This document shows positions 28,662 through 37,698 of a stretch of 64,000 bases of DNA, in pieces. The notes beneath the pieces are model-generated. The model was not told where the DNA came from. It ran no database searches and saw nothing but the letters and a program-made list of their open reading frames with translations. Position 1 is the stretch's first letter; each line of letters begins with the position of its first letter. Source of the stretch: Chloroflexota bacterium (lineage in GTDB: Bacteria; Chloroflexota; UBA11872; VXOZ01); assembly GCA_963663275.1 (NCBI GenBank), contig OY760183.1, forward strand, positions 1,504,001-1,568,000, given 5' to 3'. Made by a program: the position numbers and the translations under genes.

Positions 28662-30887
28662 GTGACGCGAGAGACCGGGTTGGCATCGTCAAATGCGGTT
28701 GAGTTCGTGCGTTGGGACCAGGCGGCGCAACTGGAGCGGTATCTCGACGCGCTCGCCATGCAGGCGTATGATTGGCGGCGCGCCAAGTGGCAGCGTGACT
28801 TTTCCAGCTTGCGGGCGTACACCCAGTCGGTTGCGCCCAACCGCGCGCATTGGCGCGCAATGCTGGGTGTATGGCCCACAGACGATGAGCGCGTGCCGCT
28901 GGAACCAGAGATGCACGTGGTGGCCGAGCGCGCCGACCACACGGTCTACGCGGTCACGTTCGGCACGCTGCCGGGCGTCCGCTCGTTTGCCCATCTGCTC
29001 GTGCCCAAGCACCTCGCGGCGGCGCGGCCGGCGGTGATTTGCCAGCACGGCATGGGCGGCACGCCGCACTCCATCGCCGGACTGGTGGCGGCGGACGACG
29101 CCTACCACAAGTTCGGCCAACGCCTGGCGGAGCGCGGCTACGTGGTGCTGGCGCCGCACTGCGTCAACTTCGTCGAGTGGCGCACCCGCCTGCACAACAA
29201 GGCGCTGCTGGTCGGGCGTACGCTGATGGGCCTGGAAATCTGGCGGGAGATGCGGGCGGTCGATCTACTGGAGACGCTGCCGGAGGTGGATAGCGAGCGC
29301 ATCGGCTTCTACGGCCTCTCCCAAGGCGGCAAGATGGCGCTCTGGTTCCCGCCGCTGGAACCCCGCATCCGCGCCACGATCATTTCGGCCTTCTACAACG
29401 AGCGCACCAAGAAGCAACTGGTCGCCTCTCCCCACTACCGGCCGTTCATCAACACGCGCGAGCAATCGTATTTCGAGCCTGATTTCTTAACCGAGTTTTC
29501 CGATTACGACCTGGCTTCGCTGATCTGCCCTCGTCCGGTGATGATCGAGCACGGGCAAAAGGACAGTTCCTACTACATCGAAACCGCGCGCGAAGAGTTC
29601 TTCCCCCTCAAAGAGATCTACGAGCGGCTGGGGGTTGGGGAACGCTGCGAGTGGGGAGAGTTCGACGGCCCGCATGAGATTCACGGCGTGGAGTCGTTCG
29701 CCTTTCTCGACCGCTGGCTGAACGACGGCGTTCCGCCGAGTCGAAATGCCCTCCGTCATTCCCGCGAAAGCGGGAACCCAGGACTGGACGAGGAAGGCCC
29801 GCCGCCCCCGCCGGTGTTCGTGGATGATGCCGCCATTCAGTCCATGCGCGACGCTACAAACGGGCAGCACGACCGCCACTTGGACGACCTGGCGGAGCGT
29901 GCCTACGCCGAACGCGCGGCGCGCTGGCGGCGCGACTACTCCGGCGCGGCGGCCTATGAAGAGTCGGTGAAGGAGAACCGCGCGGCGTGGCTCGCCATGA
30001 TGGGCGGGCTGCCGCCGGAGCACGAGCGCGTGCCGCTCGCGCCCGAACGCCGCGTGGTGGCGGAGCGCCCCGACCACACGGTCTACGCCGTTACGCTCGG
30101 CATGTTGCCCGGCGCGCGGCTGTTTGGCTATCTGCTAGTGCCCAAGGGAATTACCGCGCCGCGGGCCGCCGTGGTGACGCAGCACGGTCTCGGCGGGGCC
30201 GTGCAAGCGGTGGCCGGACTGCTGGAGCAAGACGACGCGTACCATGCCTACGGCCGGCGTCTGGCGGAGCGCGGCTACGTGGTCTTTGCGCCGCACTGCA
30301 TCAACGGCACGCCCCGGCGCGTGCGTTTACATAATAAGGCGATTGTGCTCGGCCGGCGGCTGATGGGCCTGGAAATCTGGCGCGAGATGAAGGTGATCGA
30401 CTATCTGCAATCGCTGCCGGAAGTCGATCCGGAGCGGATTGGATTCTACGGGCTTTCGCAAGGCGGCACGATGACACTCTGGCTGACGCCGCTGGAAATG
30501 CGCATCAAAGCAGCCGTGGTCTCGGCGTTCTTCAACGAACGCACGCGCAAGCTGAACACGGAATCAGAGCACTACCGCGCGTATTGCACGACTGATGAGT
30601 ACCATCAATACTATCCGGGGCAATTGCTGGAGTTTTCCGATGCCGACCTGGGCTCGCTGATTTGCCCGCGCCCGCTCTTCATCGAGCAGGGCACGCAAGA
30701 CCGCGCCGTCTACTACAAGGAGGCCGCGGTCGAGTTCGACCGCCTCCACGCCCACTACGCCCGCCTCGGATTGAGCGACCGCTGCGTCTGGGGACTGTTC
30801 GAGGGCAAGCACGAGATTCACGGGAAAGAGTCGTTCCCGTTTCTCGACCGGTGGCTGGAGCACACGCCGGCTACTGTCCAGGGTTAG
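28662..30887 (+). CDS. Tandem (two-domain) alpha/beta-hydrolase
   Basis: Two paralogous halves, each with W.RD.S...Y..SV..NR, QHG.GG, FYGLSQGG, SLICPRP and HEIHG.ESF.FLDRWL. AAGGAG RBS. Confidence 0.88.
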   Translation: MTRETGLASSNAVEFVRWDQAAQLERYLDALAMQAYDWRRAKWQRDFSSLRAYTQSVAPNRAHWRAMLGVWPTDDERVPLEPEMHVVAERADHTVYAVTFGTLPGVRSFAHLLVPKHLAAARPAVICQHGMGGTPHSIAGLVAADDAYHKFGQRLAERGYVVLAPHCVNFVEWRTRLHNKALLVGRTLMGLEIWREMRAVDLLETLPEVDSERIGFYGLSQGGKMALWFPPLEPRIRATIISAFYNERTKKQLVASPHYRPFINTREQSYFEPDFLTEFSDYDLASLICPRPVMIEHGQKDSSYYIETAREEFFPLKEIYERLGVGERCEWGEFDGPHEIHGVESFAFLDRWLNDGVPPSRNALRHSRESGNPGLDEEGPPPPPVFVDDAAIQSMRDATNGQHDRHLDDLAERAYAERAARWRRDYSGAAAYEESVKENRAAWLAMMGGLPPEHERVPLAPERRVVAERPDHTVYAVTLGMLPGARLFGYLLVPKGITAPRAAVVTQHGLGGAVQAVAGLLEQDDAYHAYGRRLAERGYVVFAPHCINGTPRRVRLHNKAIVLGRRLMGLEIWREMKVIDYLQSLPEVDPERIGFYGLSQGGTMTLWLTPLEMRIKAAVVSAFFNERTRKLNTESEHYRAYCTTDEYHQYYPGQLLEFSDADLGSLICPRPLFIEQGTQDRAVYYKEAAVEFDRLHAHYARLGLSDRCVWGLFEGKHEIHGKESFPFLDRWLEHTPATVQG

Positions 30888-30905
30888 CGTAAAGCTGCCG
30901 GCCCG

Positions 30906-31742
30906 CTAAGCGGATAGGAAGCCCACGGCGCGGAGGTGTTCCACGCTGCGGACGACGCGCTCTTGGCGCTGTTCCAGGGTCGGTTCGGGTTCGCCGCGGA
31001 TGCCTTCGATTTCCAGGCTGTAGGGGCCGAAGAAGCCGGCGTCGTTGGCGATCTTGCCGATGCGGGCGAAATCGACCGCGCCGCCGTCGCCCATGGCCGT
31101 GAAGTACCAATCCCGGTAGCCGCCGCGGCTGTCCTTGAGATGCATGTGCACCACGTAGTCCATGACCTCTTCAAGCTGGGCGTACACGTCCGCGCCCTCG
31201 TTGTAGAAGAGGATGTTGCCCGTGTCGAAATTGATACGGATGGCGTCGTGCTGGAGCGCCCGCATGGTATCCAGGATCGCACCGGCGTTCTGGGTGATGC
31301 CGGGGTGGGTTTCCAGGGCGATAGTGAGGCCGTGGCTGGCGGCCACGTCGCCGATCGCGCTCAGCTTGTCGAGGAAGTCGCGGTAGTCATCCTCCGCCGG
31401 TTCGCCGCCCAGGCCGACGAAGTACTTGGCCCCAATTCCGGCCGCCAGGCGCATGCGCTCCGCGATACGCGCAAAGCCGTCGGGATCCATGAGATTGTCG
31501 GACCCATTGGCGCTGAGTACAGTGAGGCCGTTGGCGTCGAGCTCTTTCTTTAGATTCTGGATCCCCTCGTCGCCGAGCTTTTCGCTGGCGACGACGTCTT
31601 CGGGGATTTCCAGCACGCCGCCGTGCTGCTTCATGGCGAGTTCGAGGTGGGTGATGCCGGCCTGGGGCGCGAGGTCGATGGCGGCGCGCACGCCGTAGCG
31701 TCCGTAGCAATTCGTAAAGACTTCCAGTAAGTTGCTCGGCAT
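30906..31742 (-). CDS. Sugar phosphate isomerase/epimerase (xylose-isomerase-like TIM barrel)
   Basis: IALETHP, NFDTGN, HMHLKD, GDGGAVDF and SLEIE motifs. AAGGAGG RBS. Confidence 0.9.
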   Translation of the reverse strand: MPSNLLEVFTNCYGRYGVRAAIDLAPQAGITHLELAMKQHGGVLEIPEDVVASEKLGDEGIQNLKKELDANGLTVLSANGSDNLMDPDGFARIAERMRLAAGIGAKYFVGLGGEPAEDDYRDFLDKLSAIGDVAASHGLTIALETHPGITQNAGAILDTMRALQHDAIRINFDTGNILFYNEGADVYAQLEEVMDYVVHMHLKDSRGGYRDWYFTAMGDGGAVDFARIGKIANDAGFFGPYSLEIEGIRGEPEPTLEQRQERVVRSVEHLRAVGFLSA

Positions 31743-31869
31743 GAGGTCCTCCTTTTGCTCTCCGGCAAGGCTGCTATTCTCGTTCACACAGCTATTGTAG
31801 CTAGATGGCGCGATGTGTGCTGGTTTCCATGAGCGCCTTGCCTGGGATGGTGTTTGCCTTTTGCGCCAA

Positions 31870-32175
31870 GAGGCGGGGGACAAGCCCCAATGCTGTCGCA
31901 TTAACGTAGCGCGGGGGCTTGTCCCCCGCCGGTATGGGAAGAATGAGAAAGAAATGGATTGACCATACGGAAGACGCAGGTTACAAACCTGCGCTACCGG
32001 AGAAATGAGCGTAGTTTTCACTCTCATCGCGTTTAATGCGACAACATTGGGGACAAGCCCCCGCGCTACGTTAACGCGATAGCATTGGGGCTTGTCTCCC
32101 GCCGGAACAAGAAGAATGTTAACGGAGTGCATTGACCCTACGGAAGACGCAGGTTACAAACCTGCGCTACCGGAG
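31870..32175. repeat. REP cluster with two composite A/B doublets
   Basis: gtagcgcgggggcttgtcccccgc...cgcaggttacaaacctgcgctac at 31906-31997, and a variant at ~32079-32170. Confidence 0.85.
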
Positions 32176-32216
32176 AGCGGCGACGCCAATCTGCCCCAGG
32201 TTTTGCGGAAGACTTC

Positions 32217-33701
32217 TCAGTGCCGCACGTCGGCGTTGCTGTACTCGGTGCGGAAGCCGGCGTGATTGGTGGCCGTATTGCGGCGGTCGGCGGTGGTCTC
32301 GACCTGGGGCGCGCGCACGGGCAGGGCGCCATCTTCGAGGTAGAGCGAGTTCCGTGCTTGGTGTTTGGCGATTAGCTCCTGCCGGAGTTCCCGCTTCTTT
32401 GCCGCATAGCGTGTTTCCTGGGCAAGATTCTGCAATTCCGCCGGGTCGTCGGCGAGATTGAAGAGGTGCTCCGTTGGGCCTTCCGGGTACCAGATGTACT
32501 TCCAGCGGCCGTCGGTGATTGCCAGGTAGACGCAGGGGATGCGCTCCGCCTGCGGCCAGCGGGGGCCGCTCATGCCTTCCAGGTATTGGCGTGGGCAGTC
32601 GAGTTCGCCGCGTGCCAGCGCCAGCAAGTCCTGTCCGTCGCTATTCTCCGGCGGGTCGCCTCCCGCAACCGAAACCAGCGTCGGCAAGATGTCCGCGTGC
32701 GTGATTGGAGCGTCCACTATGGTTCCATGCCGGCGGTTGTCCCAGCTTTGCGGCATGCGCAGAATAAATGGCACGTGTGCGGAGGGTTCATAGAAGAAGG
32801 TCTTGGCGCCGTTGCGGTGATCGCCCAGCATCTCGCCGTGGTCGGAGGCGAACATGATGAAGGTCTCGTTGAAGAGGCCGCAGTCCTCCAGGGCGCTGAT
32901 AAGGCGGCCGATCACGTTGTCGATATGGGTGATGAGGCCGTAGTAGACCGCCCGCGCCGCGTGAATTGCCTCGTCAGGAATGCTGTCGAACGCCCGCCGC
33001 TGCGCCTGGCGCTGGAACGAAACCGGGCAGTCATCGCCGTCGCGCCACGCGCCGACGGCCGGCTCCGGTATGGGCGAGTTCATATACATGGAATAGTACG
33101 GCTCCGGCGCGTCCAGTGGCGGATGGGGCTTGGCGAACGAGCACCAGAGGAAGAACGGCAGCGTGGGGTCGCGGCGTACCAGGATGTATTCAACGCACTG
33201 CTCGGCGATCCAGGAAGTCAGGGTCAGGCTCTCCGGCACGGTCGCCAGGGTGGGATAGAGTTCGTTCTGGCCGATGCCGTGATGCATGGGCTGTTGCGCG
33301 CCGCCGGAATGGCGCATCCGGCGGTAGTAGTCGTCGGGCAGGATCATCTCCTCGAACCCGTGGCGCACGCGCTGCGGCCCGAAGTGCATCTTGCCAATGG
33401 CGGCGGTCTGGTAGCCGCGGGCGCGCAGGTAGGTCGGGAGCGTGCCCTCTCTGCCCATCACGTTCGAGGTCTGGTCGTTGTTCGCCACGCCGTGGGTGAA
33501 GACCTGCGTGCCGGTCATGATGCCGACACGGGCGGGCACGCAGAGCGGGCAATCGGCGTAGGCGCGGCTGAACTGCACGCCCTGGTAGCCCAGCAGGTCG
33601 ATGTGCGGCGTGCGCAGGAATGGCGGCTTGGCTGCGCCTACGGTATCGAACCGCTGCTGGTCGGTGGTGATGAGCAGGATGTTGGGCGGTGTCTGGGACA
33701 T
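32217..33701 (-). CDS. Sulfatase (Cys-type, formylglycine-dependent)
   Basis: PNILLITTDQQR, CVPAR (CxPxR), GKMHF, KPHPP and SDHGEMLGDH motifs. Confidence 0.94.
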   Translation of the reverse strand: MSQTPPNILLITTDQQRFDTVGAAKPPFLRTPHIDLLGYQGVQFSRAYADCPLCVPARVGIMTGTQVFTHGVANNDQTSNVMGREGTLPTYLRARGYQTAAIGKMHFGPQRVRHGFEEMILPDDYYRRMRHSGGAQQPMHHGIGQNELYPTLATVPESLTLTSWIAEQCVEYILVRRDPTLPFFLWCSFAKPHPPLDAPEPYYSMYMNSPIPEPAVGAWRDGDDCPVSFQRQAQRRAFDSIPDEAIHAARAVYYGLITHIDNVIGRLISALEDCGLFNETFIMFASDHGEMLGDHRNGAKTFFYEPSAHVPFILRMPQSWDNRRHGTIVDAPITHADILPTLVSVAGGDPPENSDGQDLLALARGELDCPRQYLEGMSGPRWPQAERIPCVYLAITDGRWKYIWYPEGPTEHLFNLADDPAELQNLAQETRYAAKKRELRQELIAKHQARNSLYLEDGALPVRAPQVETTADRRNTATNHAGFRTEYSNADVRH

Positions 33702-33773
33702 ACCTCTCTTAATCTCTCCGAGTAGATGGCGCTGGTAATCCGGCAAGGTTGGTTTAGACGGCCAAGTGCAACG

Positions 33774-34003
33774 GTAGCACAGGTTTGTAACCTGTGCACG
33801 CGCGAGTGCGCTGGTATCTTTCATAGCTCCCGAGCAAACGTAGCGCGGGGGCTTGTCCCCCGCCTCCGGATTTCCGATTGCGTTGGGATGACGATGGCGG
33901 ACGCAGGTTACAAACCTGCGCTACCGGAGAGGACAGGCGCAGGTTACAAATCTCTCACCTACCGGAGACAACGGGCGCAGGTTACAAACCTGCGCTACCG
34001 GAG
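33774..34003. repeat. REP cluster (B-type tandem copies plus an A/B doublet)
   Basis: gtagcacaggtttgtaacctgtg, a doublet at 33840-33924, and further gcaggttacaaa copies at ~33937 and ~33976. Confidence 0.85.
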
Positions 34004-34132
34004 CGGAACCGCCTAATTCGGCTACGTTCGGGGCGGTGACAGGCTCTGGCAGGGCAATGACGGACTCAAGCCGGCCGTATTCGGGGTAATTGGGGCTACG
34101 GTCAGGCGCTCCCGCGGTGAGGGAGCAAATGA

Positions 34133-34164
34133 CGGCGGGGCCGGACACACGTCCGGCCCCGCCG
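34133..34164 (-). terminator. GC-rich hairpin downstream of the SBP gene
   Basis: cggcggggccggac-acac-gtccggccccgccg. Confidence 0.55.
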
Positions 34165-34195
34165 CGCGTTCACAAAAGGCGCAATCGCAACGCCG

Positions 34196-35590
34196 TTAGC
34201 CGCCGGCGAAGTACGCGGCCATCTCGTCGGTGATGAGTTTCTGGAACCAGTCCGCGTACTCGCGGGTGTCGATCTGGCCCAGTTGGTACTGTTCGCGGTA
34301 GCGCGGCCTTGCCTCGCTGCGAATCTTCTCCCAGGCGCTGTACTTCAACATGCCCCAGCCGTGGGGGCGGGTCTGCTGCGCTTGGAGGAAGTAAGCCTTG
34401 GGGTCGATGCCAAGCTGGTTGCGGAACTCAGCCTGGGAGACCTCGGAGTACGCCGGGTCCAGGAACGGCGAGACGACGTGTCCGGCCGTGCGCGGGAAGC
34501 GTCCGGCGTTTTCCGGCGTCATGAACCAGGTAAAGACCGTCCACGAGGCGTCCTTGGTCTCTTCATTGCCGATTTGCAGGCCGTGGTTCGAGATGCGGGC
34601 CGAGCGGCTGGGGCCGTCGCCGTCGTACGGCAGCGTGCCAGCGGCCCAGTTGAAATTCGTGTCCTGGTTGATGAAGGAGACTTGCATGCCGATCTTGCCG
34701 GTGACGAAGGTATTCATGCGCTGGCCGCCCTTCAACTCGTTGGTTTCGTCCGGGTTGGGCTGCACGTGGTACTTGACCTCGGTCACGTCCCGCCAGAACT
34801 CGAGGCCCTGCATGATGCCGGGCGAATTGATGAAGGCGACTTTGTTCTCGTCGTCCCACGGGCCCTGCCCAAAGTAGGTGCCGGTGGTTTCGCCGGCCGC
34901 GTTGCCGCCGCCCAGGCTGCCGCCAAAGCCGAACTGCCCGTCGCCGGTCAGCTTCTGCGCGTACTCCAGGAAGGTATCCATGTTCCACCACTTGGCGCTC
35001 GTATCAACCGGCGGTTCCTGGAGGCCGGCCTCGGCAAACATGTCCTTGTTGTAGGCCATGGCGTCGGACGAGGTGCTGATGGGCATGCCGCCCAGCACGC
35101 CGTCCAGCACCCATTCGAACAGGGACGACTCGATGTACATCTCCGCCGGCACGAGTTTGGCGGCCTTGAAGAACTCGGTGAGGTCGAGGATGGCGCCGGC
35201 CTGGTACATGCGGTCCCACGTCAGCCAGCCGTTGTGCACGAAGTCGAAGGAGACGCCGCCGGCGTGGGCGGTCATGAACTTCTCGTAGACGCCGCGCCAA
35301 CCGCCGGCCTGGCCGACCACCTCCACCTGGATGTCGGCGTGCTGGTCGTTGAAGTCGTTGAAGATGGCGATTTCCTTCTCCTGGCGCGCCGGGCTCTCCG
35401 GCGAGGCGTAGACGAGGGTCACCACTTCCTTGGCTTCGGGCTGCGCCTCTTCCGCGGGCGCCTCTTCTTCCGCCGGAGCCGCTTCACCGCCGGTCATTTG
35501 CGCTTGGCCGCAGGCCGCGAGCAGGCCGGCCGCGCCCAGCGCGGTACCGGTACCGAGCAGCCGTCTGCGGGTAATGTGAAAGTCGGACAT
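34196..35590 (-). CDS. ABC sugar-family extracellular solute-binding lipoprotein (Tat signal)
   Basis: ITRRRLL...LLAACG signal, YNKDMF.EAGL..P. GGAGGG RBS. Confidence 0.9.
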   Translation of the reverse strand: MSDFHITRRRLLGTGTALGAAGLLAACGQAQMTGGEAAPAEEEAPAEEAQPEAKEVVTLVYASPESPARQEKEIAIFNDFNDQHADIQVEVVGQAGGWRGVYEKFMTAHAGGVSFDFVHNGWLTWDRMYQAGAILDLTEFFKAAKLVPAEMYIESSLFEWVLDGVLGGMPISTSSDAMAYNKDMFAEAGLQEPPVDTSAKWWNMDTFLEYAQKLTGDGQFGFGGSLGGGNAAGETTGTYFGQGPWDDENKVAFINSPGIMQGLEFWRDVTEVKYHVQPNPDETNELKGGQRMNTFVTGKIGMQVSFINQDTNFNWAAGTLPYDGDGPSRSARISNHGLQIGNEETKDASWTVFTWFMTPENAGRFPRTAGHVVSPFLDPAYSEVSQAEFRNQLGIDPKAYFLQAQQTRPHGWGMLKYSAWEKIRSEARPRYREQYQLGQIDTREYADWFQKLITDEMAAYFAGG

Positions 35591-35635
35591 GACTCTCCCT
35601 CCTGATTGCGCTTCAGCCTTGAACCCATTGCAGCG

Positions 35636-35701
35636 ATTGAGATGTATTTCAATCTCATAGCTGCTGGGGGCAGTATAGTCTCTTGCTTTTTCTGTTGTCA
35701 A
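35636..35701 (-). promoter_or_regulatory. Sigma70 promoter plus downstream imperfect palindrome
   Basis: Minus strand TTGACA-N18-TATACT (35701-35672), and attgagatgtatttcaat at 35636-35653. Confidence 0.6.
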
Positions 35702-35831
35702 GCGTGTGAGCGCCTGATTCCTGGAGGCGCAGGGGCGACTGCCGCGGGTGTGGGCGCATCCCACAGGCGTAGGGGGAGCGCTCTCCCTGAATACGTGGGC
35801 ACTCCCTGAAGGCGTAGGGGCACTCCCTGAA

Positions 35832-36134
35832 GAGACCTCTACGAAACCTCGCTGAGAGCCGAAAAGTTCCCTCTCCCTGGGGAGAGGGTTAGGGTGAGGG
35901 GAGATTATGCGGCGACTCGTATCCACATCTTGCGAAATGGGGCGGAACTGACGAGGATTCCCCCTCACCCCGGCCCTCTCCCCAGGGAGAGGGAGTCTGA
36001 TCGCGCGCCGACCTATGTTTCGCAAAGGTCTCCACAGAGAGAGGGGGTAGAAAGAGCGCCGCCCAAGGTTACGCAAAGGTCTCCCCAGGGAGAGGGAGAC
36101 TTCACGCCTGCCGGCTTAGTTATGCAAGGGTCTC
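35832..36134. mobile_element. MITE family 2, copy 1 (GAGACC...GGTCTC ends)
   Basis: gagacctctacgaaac left end and three nested right ends (gtttcgcaaaggtctc, gttacgcaaaggtctc, gttatgcaagggtctc). Flanked by ctgaa on both sides. Confidence 0.7.
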
Positions 36135-36138
36135 CTGA

Positions 36139-36174
36139 AGGTGTAGGGGCACGACATGTCGTGCCCCTACACCT
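36139..36174. repeat. Perfect 36-bp REP palindrome
   Basis: aggtgtaggggcacgacatgtcgtgcccctacacct. Confidence 0.85.
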
Positions 36175-36196
36175 GGGTATGGCGGAAAGGCGTGCC

Positions 36197-37582
36197 CTAG
36201 GCGCTCCCCAGATCGCCTTCCAGGAAATCCACGAACTGGCGGGCGGTGCGGCCGGAGAAGCCGTTCTGCTGCTGTGCCCAGGTGACGGCGCGGGCGTGGA
36301 GGTCCGCCTCAGCGAGCGGCAGGTTGCGCTGCGCGGCGAGGGCAGTCACGATCGTAAGATACTGCGCCTGCGTCGGCGCCGTGAACGTAACGCGGATGCC
36401 GAAGCGGTCGCTCAGGGAGAAGGTCTCTTGCAGCGTCTCCTTGGGATGCACCTCGCCGTCCAGGATGCCCGCGCGGTCCGCGAAGTTTTCGCGGATGAGG
36501 TGGCTGCGGTTCGAGGTGGCGTAGATGACGACGTTGCGCGGTTGGGCCGCCACGCTGCCTTCCAGGATGGCTTTCAGGGCTTTGTAGTCGGTCTCGTGGG
36601 GCTCGAACGAGAGGTCGTCCACGAAGACGACGAACGACTGGGGCCGTTCGCGGAGCTTCTCGACAATGAGGTGAAAGTCGCCGAGGTCGTCTTTGGCCAC
36701 CTCGAGCAGGCGCAGGCCGCGCCCGCCGTAGCGGCGCAGCAGCGCCTTGATCGACGAGGATTTGCCGGTGCCGCGGTCGCCGCAGAGCAGCACGTTGTTG
36801 GCGCGGTAGCCCGCCAGCAGGTGCTCCGTATTCCGCATGAGCAGCCGGCGCTGGCGATCGTCGCCGATGAGTTCCTCCAGGCGAATGGGATCGGGATGGG
36901 CAATGCCTTGCAAGCGACCGCCAGAGTCGTCATGCACCCAGCGAAAGGCGCTGTAGCGGGCGAAATCCCCGGCGCCATGCCGGCGGTAGTGGGCCGCAAG
37001 CGGAGCAACTGCTTCCCGCCAGTCTTGTAGTGACGAAAGCCACTCGTAGATGTCCTGCTCGTACTCATCGTTGTCCGCTGCGTCCGGAGCGGAAAACCCA
37101 TCCCAGGCCAGATAGCGGAGTGTCTCATCCGGTGCGAGCTGACGCGCCAACGTCTGCCAGGCTGCGGCGTTGAGGTCGAACAATCGTTGGAGAATTGAGA
37201 GGTCTTCTTCCGCAAGAGACCGCAGGGCGGTACTCAAGCCATTGGGGCCGGTCAGTGCGGCTCTCTGTGTGAAGGCATTCTCAGCCTCACGAATCTGTTG
37301 GACCAGGAAGCGCTGCCAAGCGTCGCCATGCACCCGCCCGGCGTGGCGTTCGCTGTACTGCGCGAGCAAACCGCTCAGTTTGGCAGCGGCCGCGACAAAC
37401 CGGTATGGCGGATCTCCCGCCGCCACGCAGCGCAGCATGGCGCAATAGCTCTGAAGAATCTCGTCGTGAAGCACGTGGGTATACAGCGCGAGTCGCTCGA
37501 GGCTGTTGAGAATGGTCTGCGCTTCTTGGGCGGAAATGGGAGTGTTGGCGGATATACCCACGCTTGATTGTCTCGGTTTCAC
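36197..37582 (-). CDS. DUF815 family AAA+ ATPase
   Basis: ANNVLLCGDRGTGKSS, FVDDLSFE..E..YK.LK.ILEG, YATSNR.HL, SLSDRFG and SGRTARQF motifs. Confidence 0.92.
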   Translation of the reverse strand: MKPRQSSVGISANTPISAQEAQTILNSLERLALYTHVLHDEILQSYCAMLRCVAAGDPPYRFVAAAAKLSGLLAQYSERHAGRVHGDAWQRFLVQQIREAENAFTQRAALTGPNGLSTALRSLAEEDLSILQRLFDLNAAAWQTLARQLAPDETLRYLAWDGFSAPDAADNDEYEQDIYEWLSSLQDWREAVAPLAAHYRRHGAGDFARYSAFRWVHDDSGGRLQGIAHPDPIRLEELIGDDRQRRLLMRNTEHLLAGYRANNVLLCGDRGTGKSSSIKALLRRYGGRGLRLLEVAKDDLGDFHLIVEKLRERPQSFVVFVDDLSFEPHETDYKALKAILEGSVAAQPRNVVIYATSNRSHLIRENFADRAGILDGEVHPKETLQETFSLSDRFGIRVTFTAPTQAQYLTIVTALAAQRNLPLAEADLHARAVTWAQQQNGFSGRTARQFVDFLEGDLGSA

Positions 37583-37698
37583 AGCGCTGCGCGCACATGC
37601 AGAATACCTGCATGTGCCTCTGCGCGACTCATGGTCTCACTTTTGCATGACGAAGCCAATGTCAGGCCCGGCCTCTTGGGCATGCGGCAAATTGAGTA

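Noticed and set aside
31743-32132. Long N-terminal extensions in the ORF track (also at 9890, 11899, 33824, 36076, 49336)
   Set aside because: These are translations of intergenic REP clusters (e.g. VARGLVP, AQVCNLR, PHPNPLP). Downstream starts match the family N-termini, most with an RBS.
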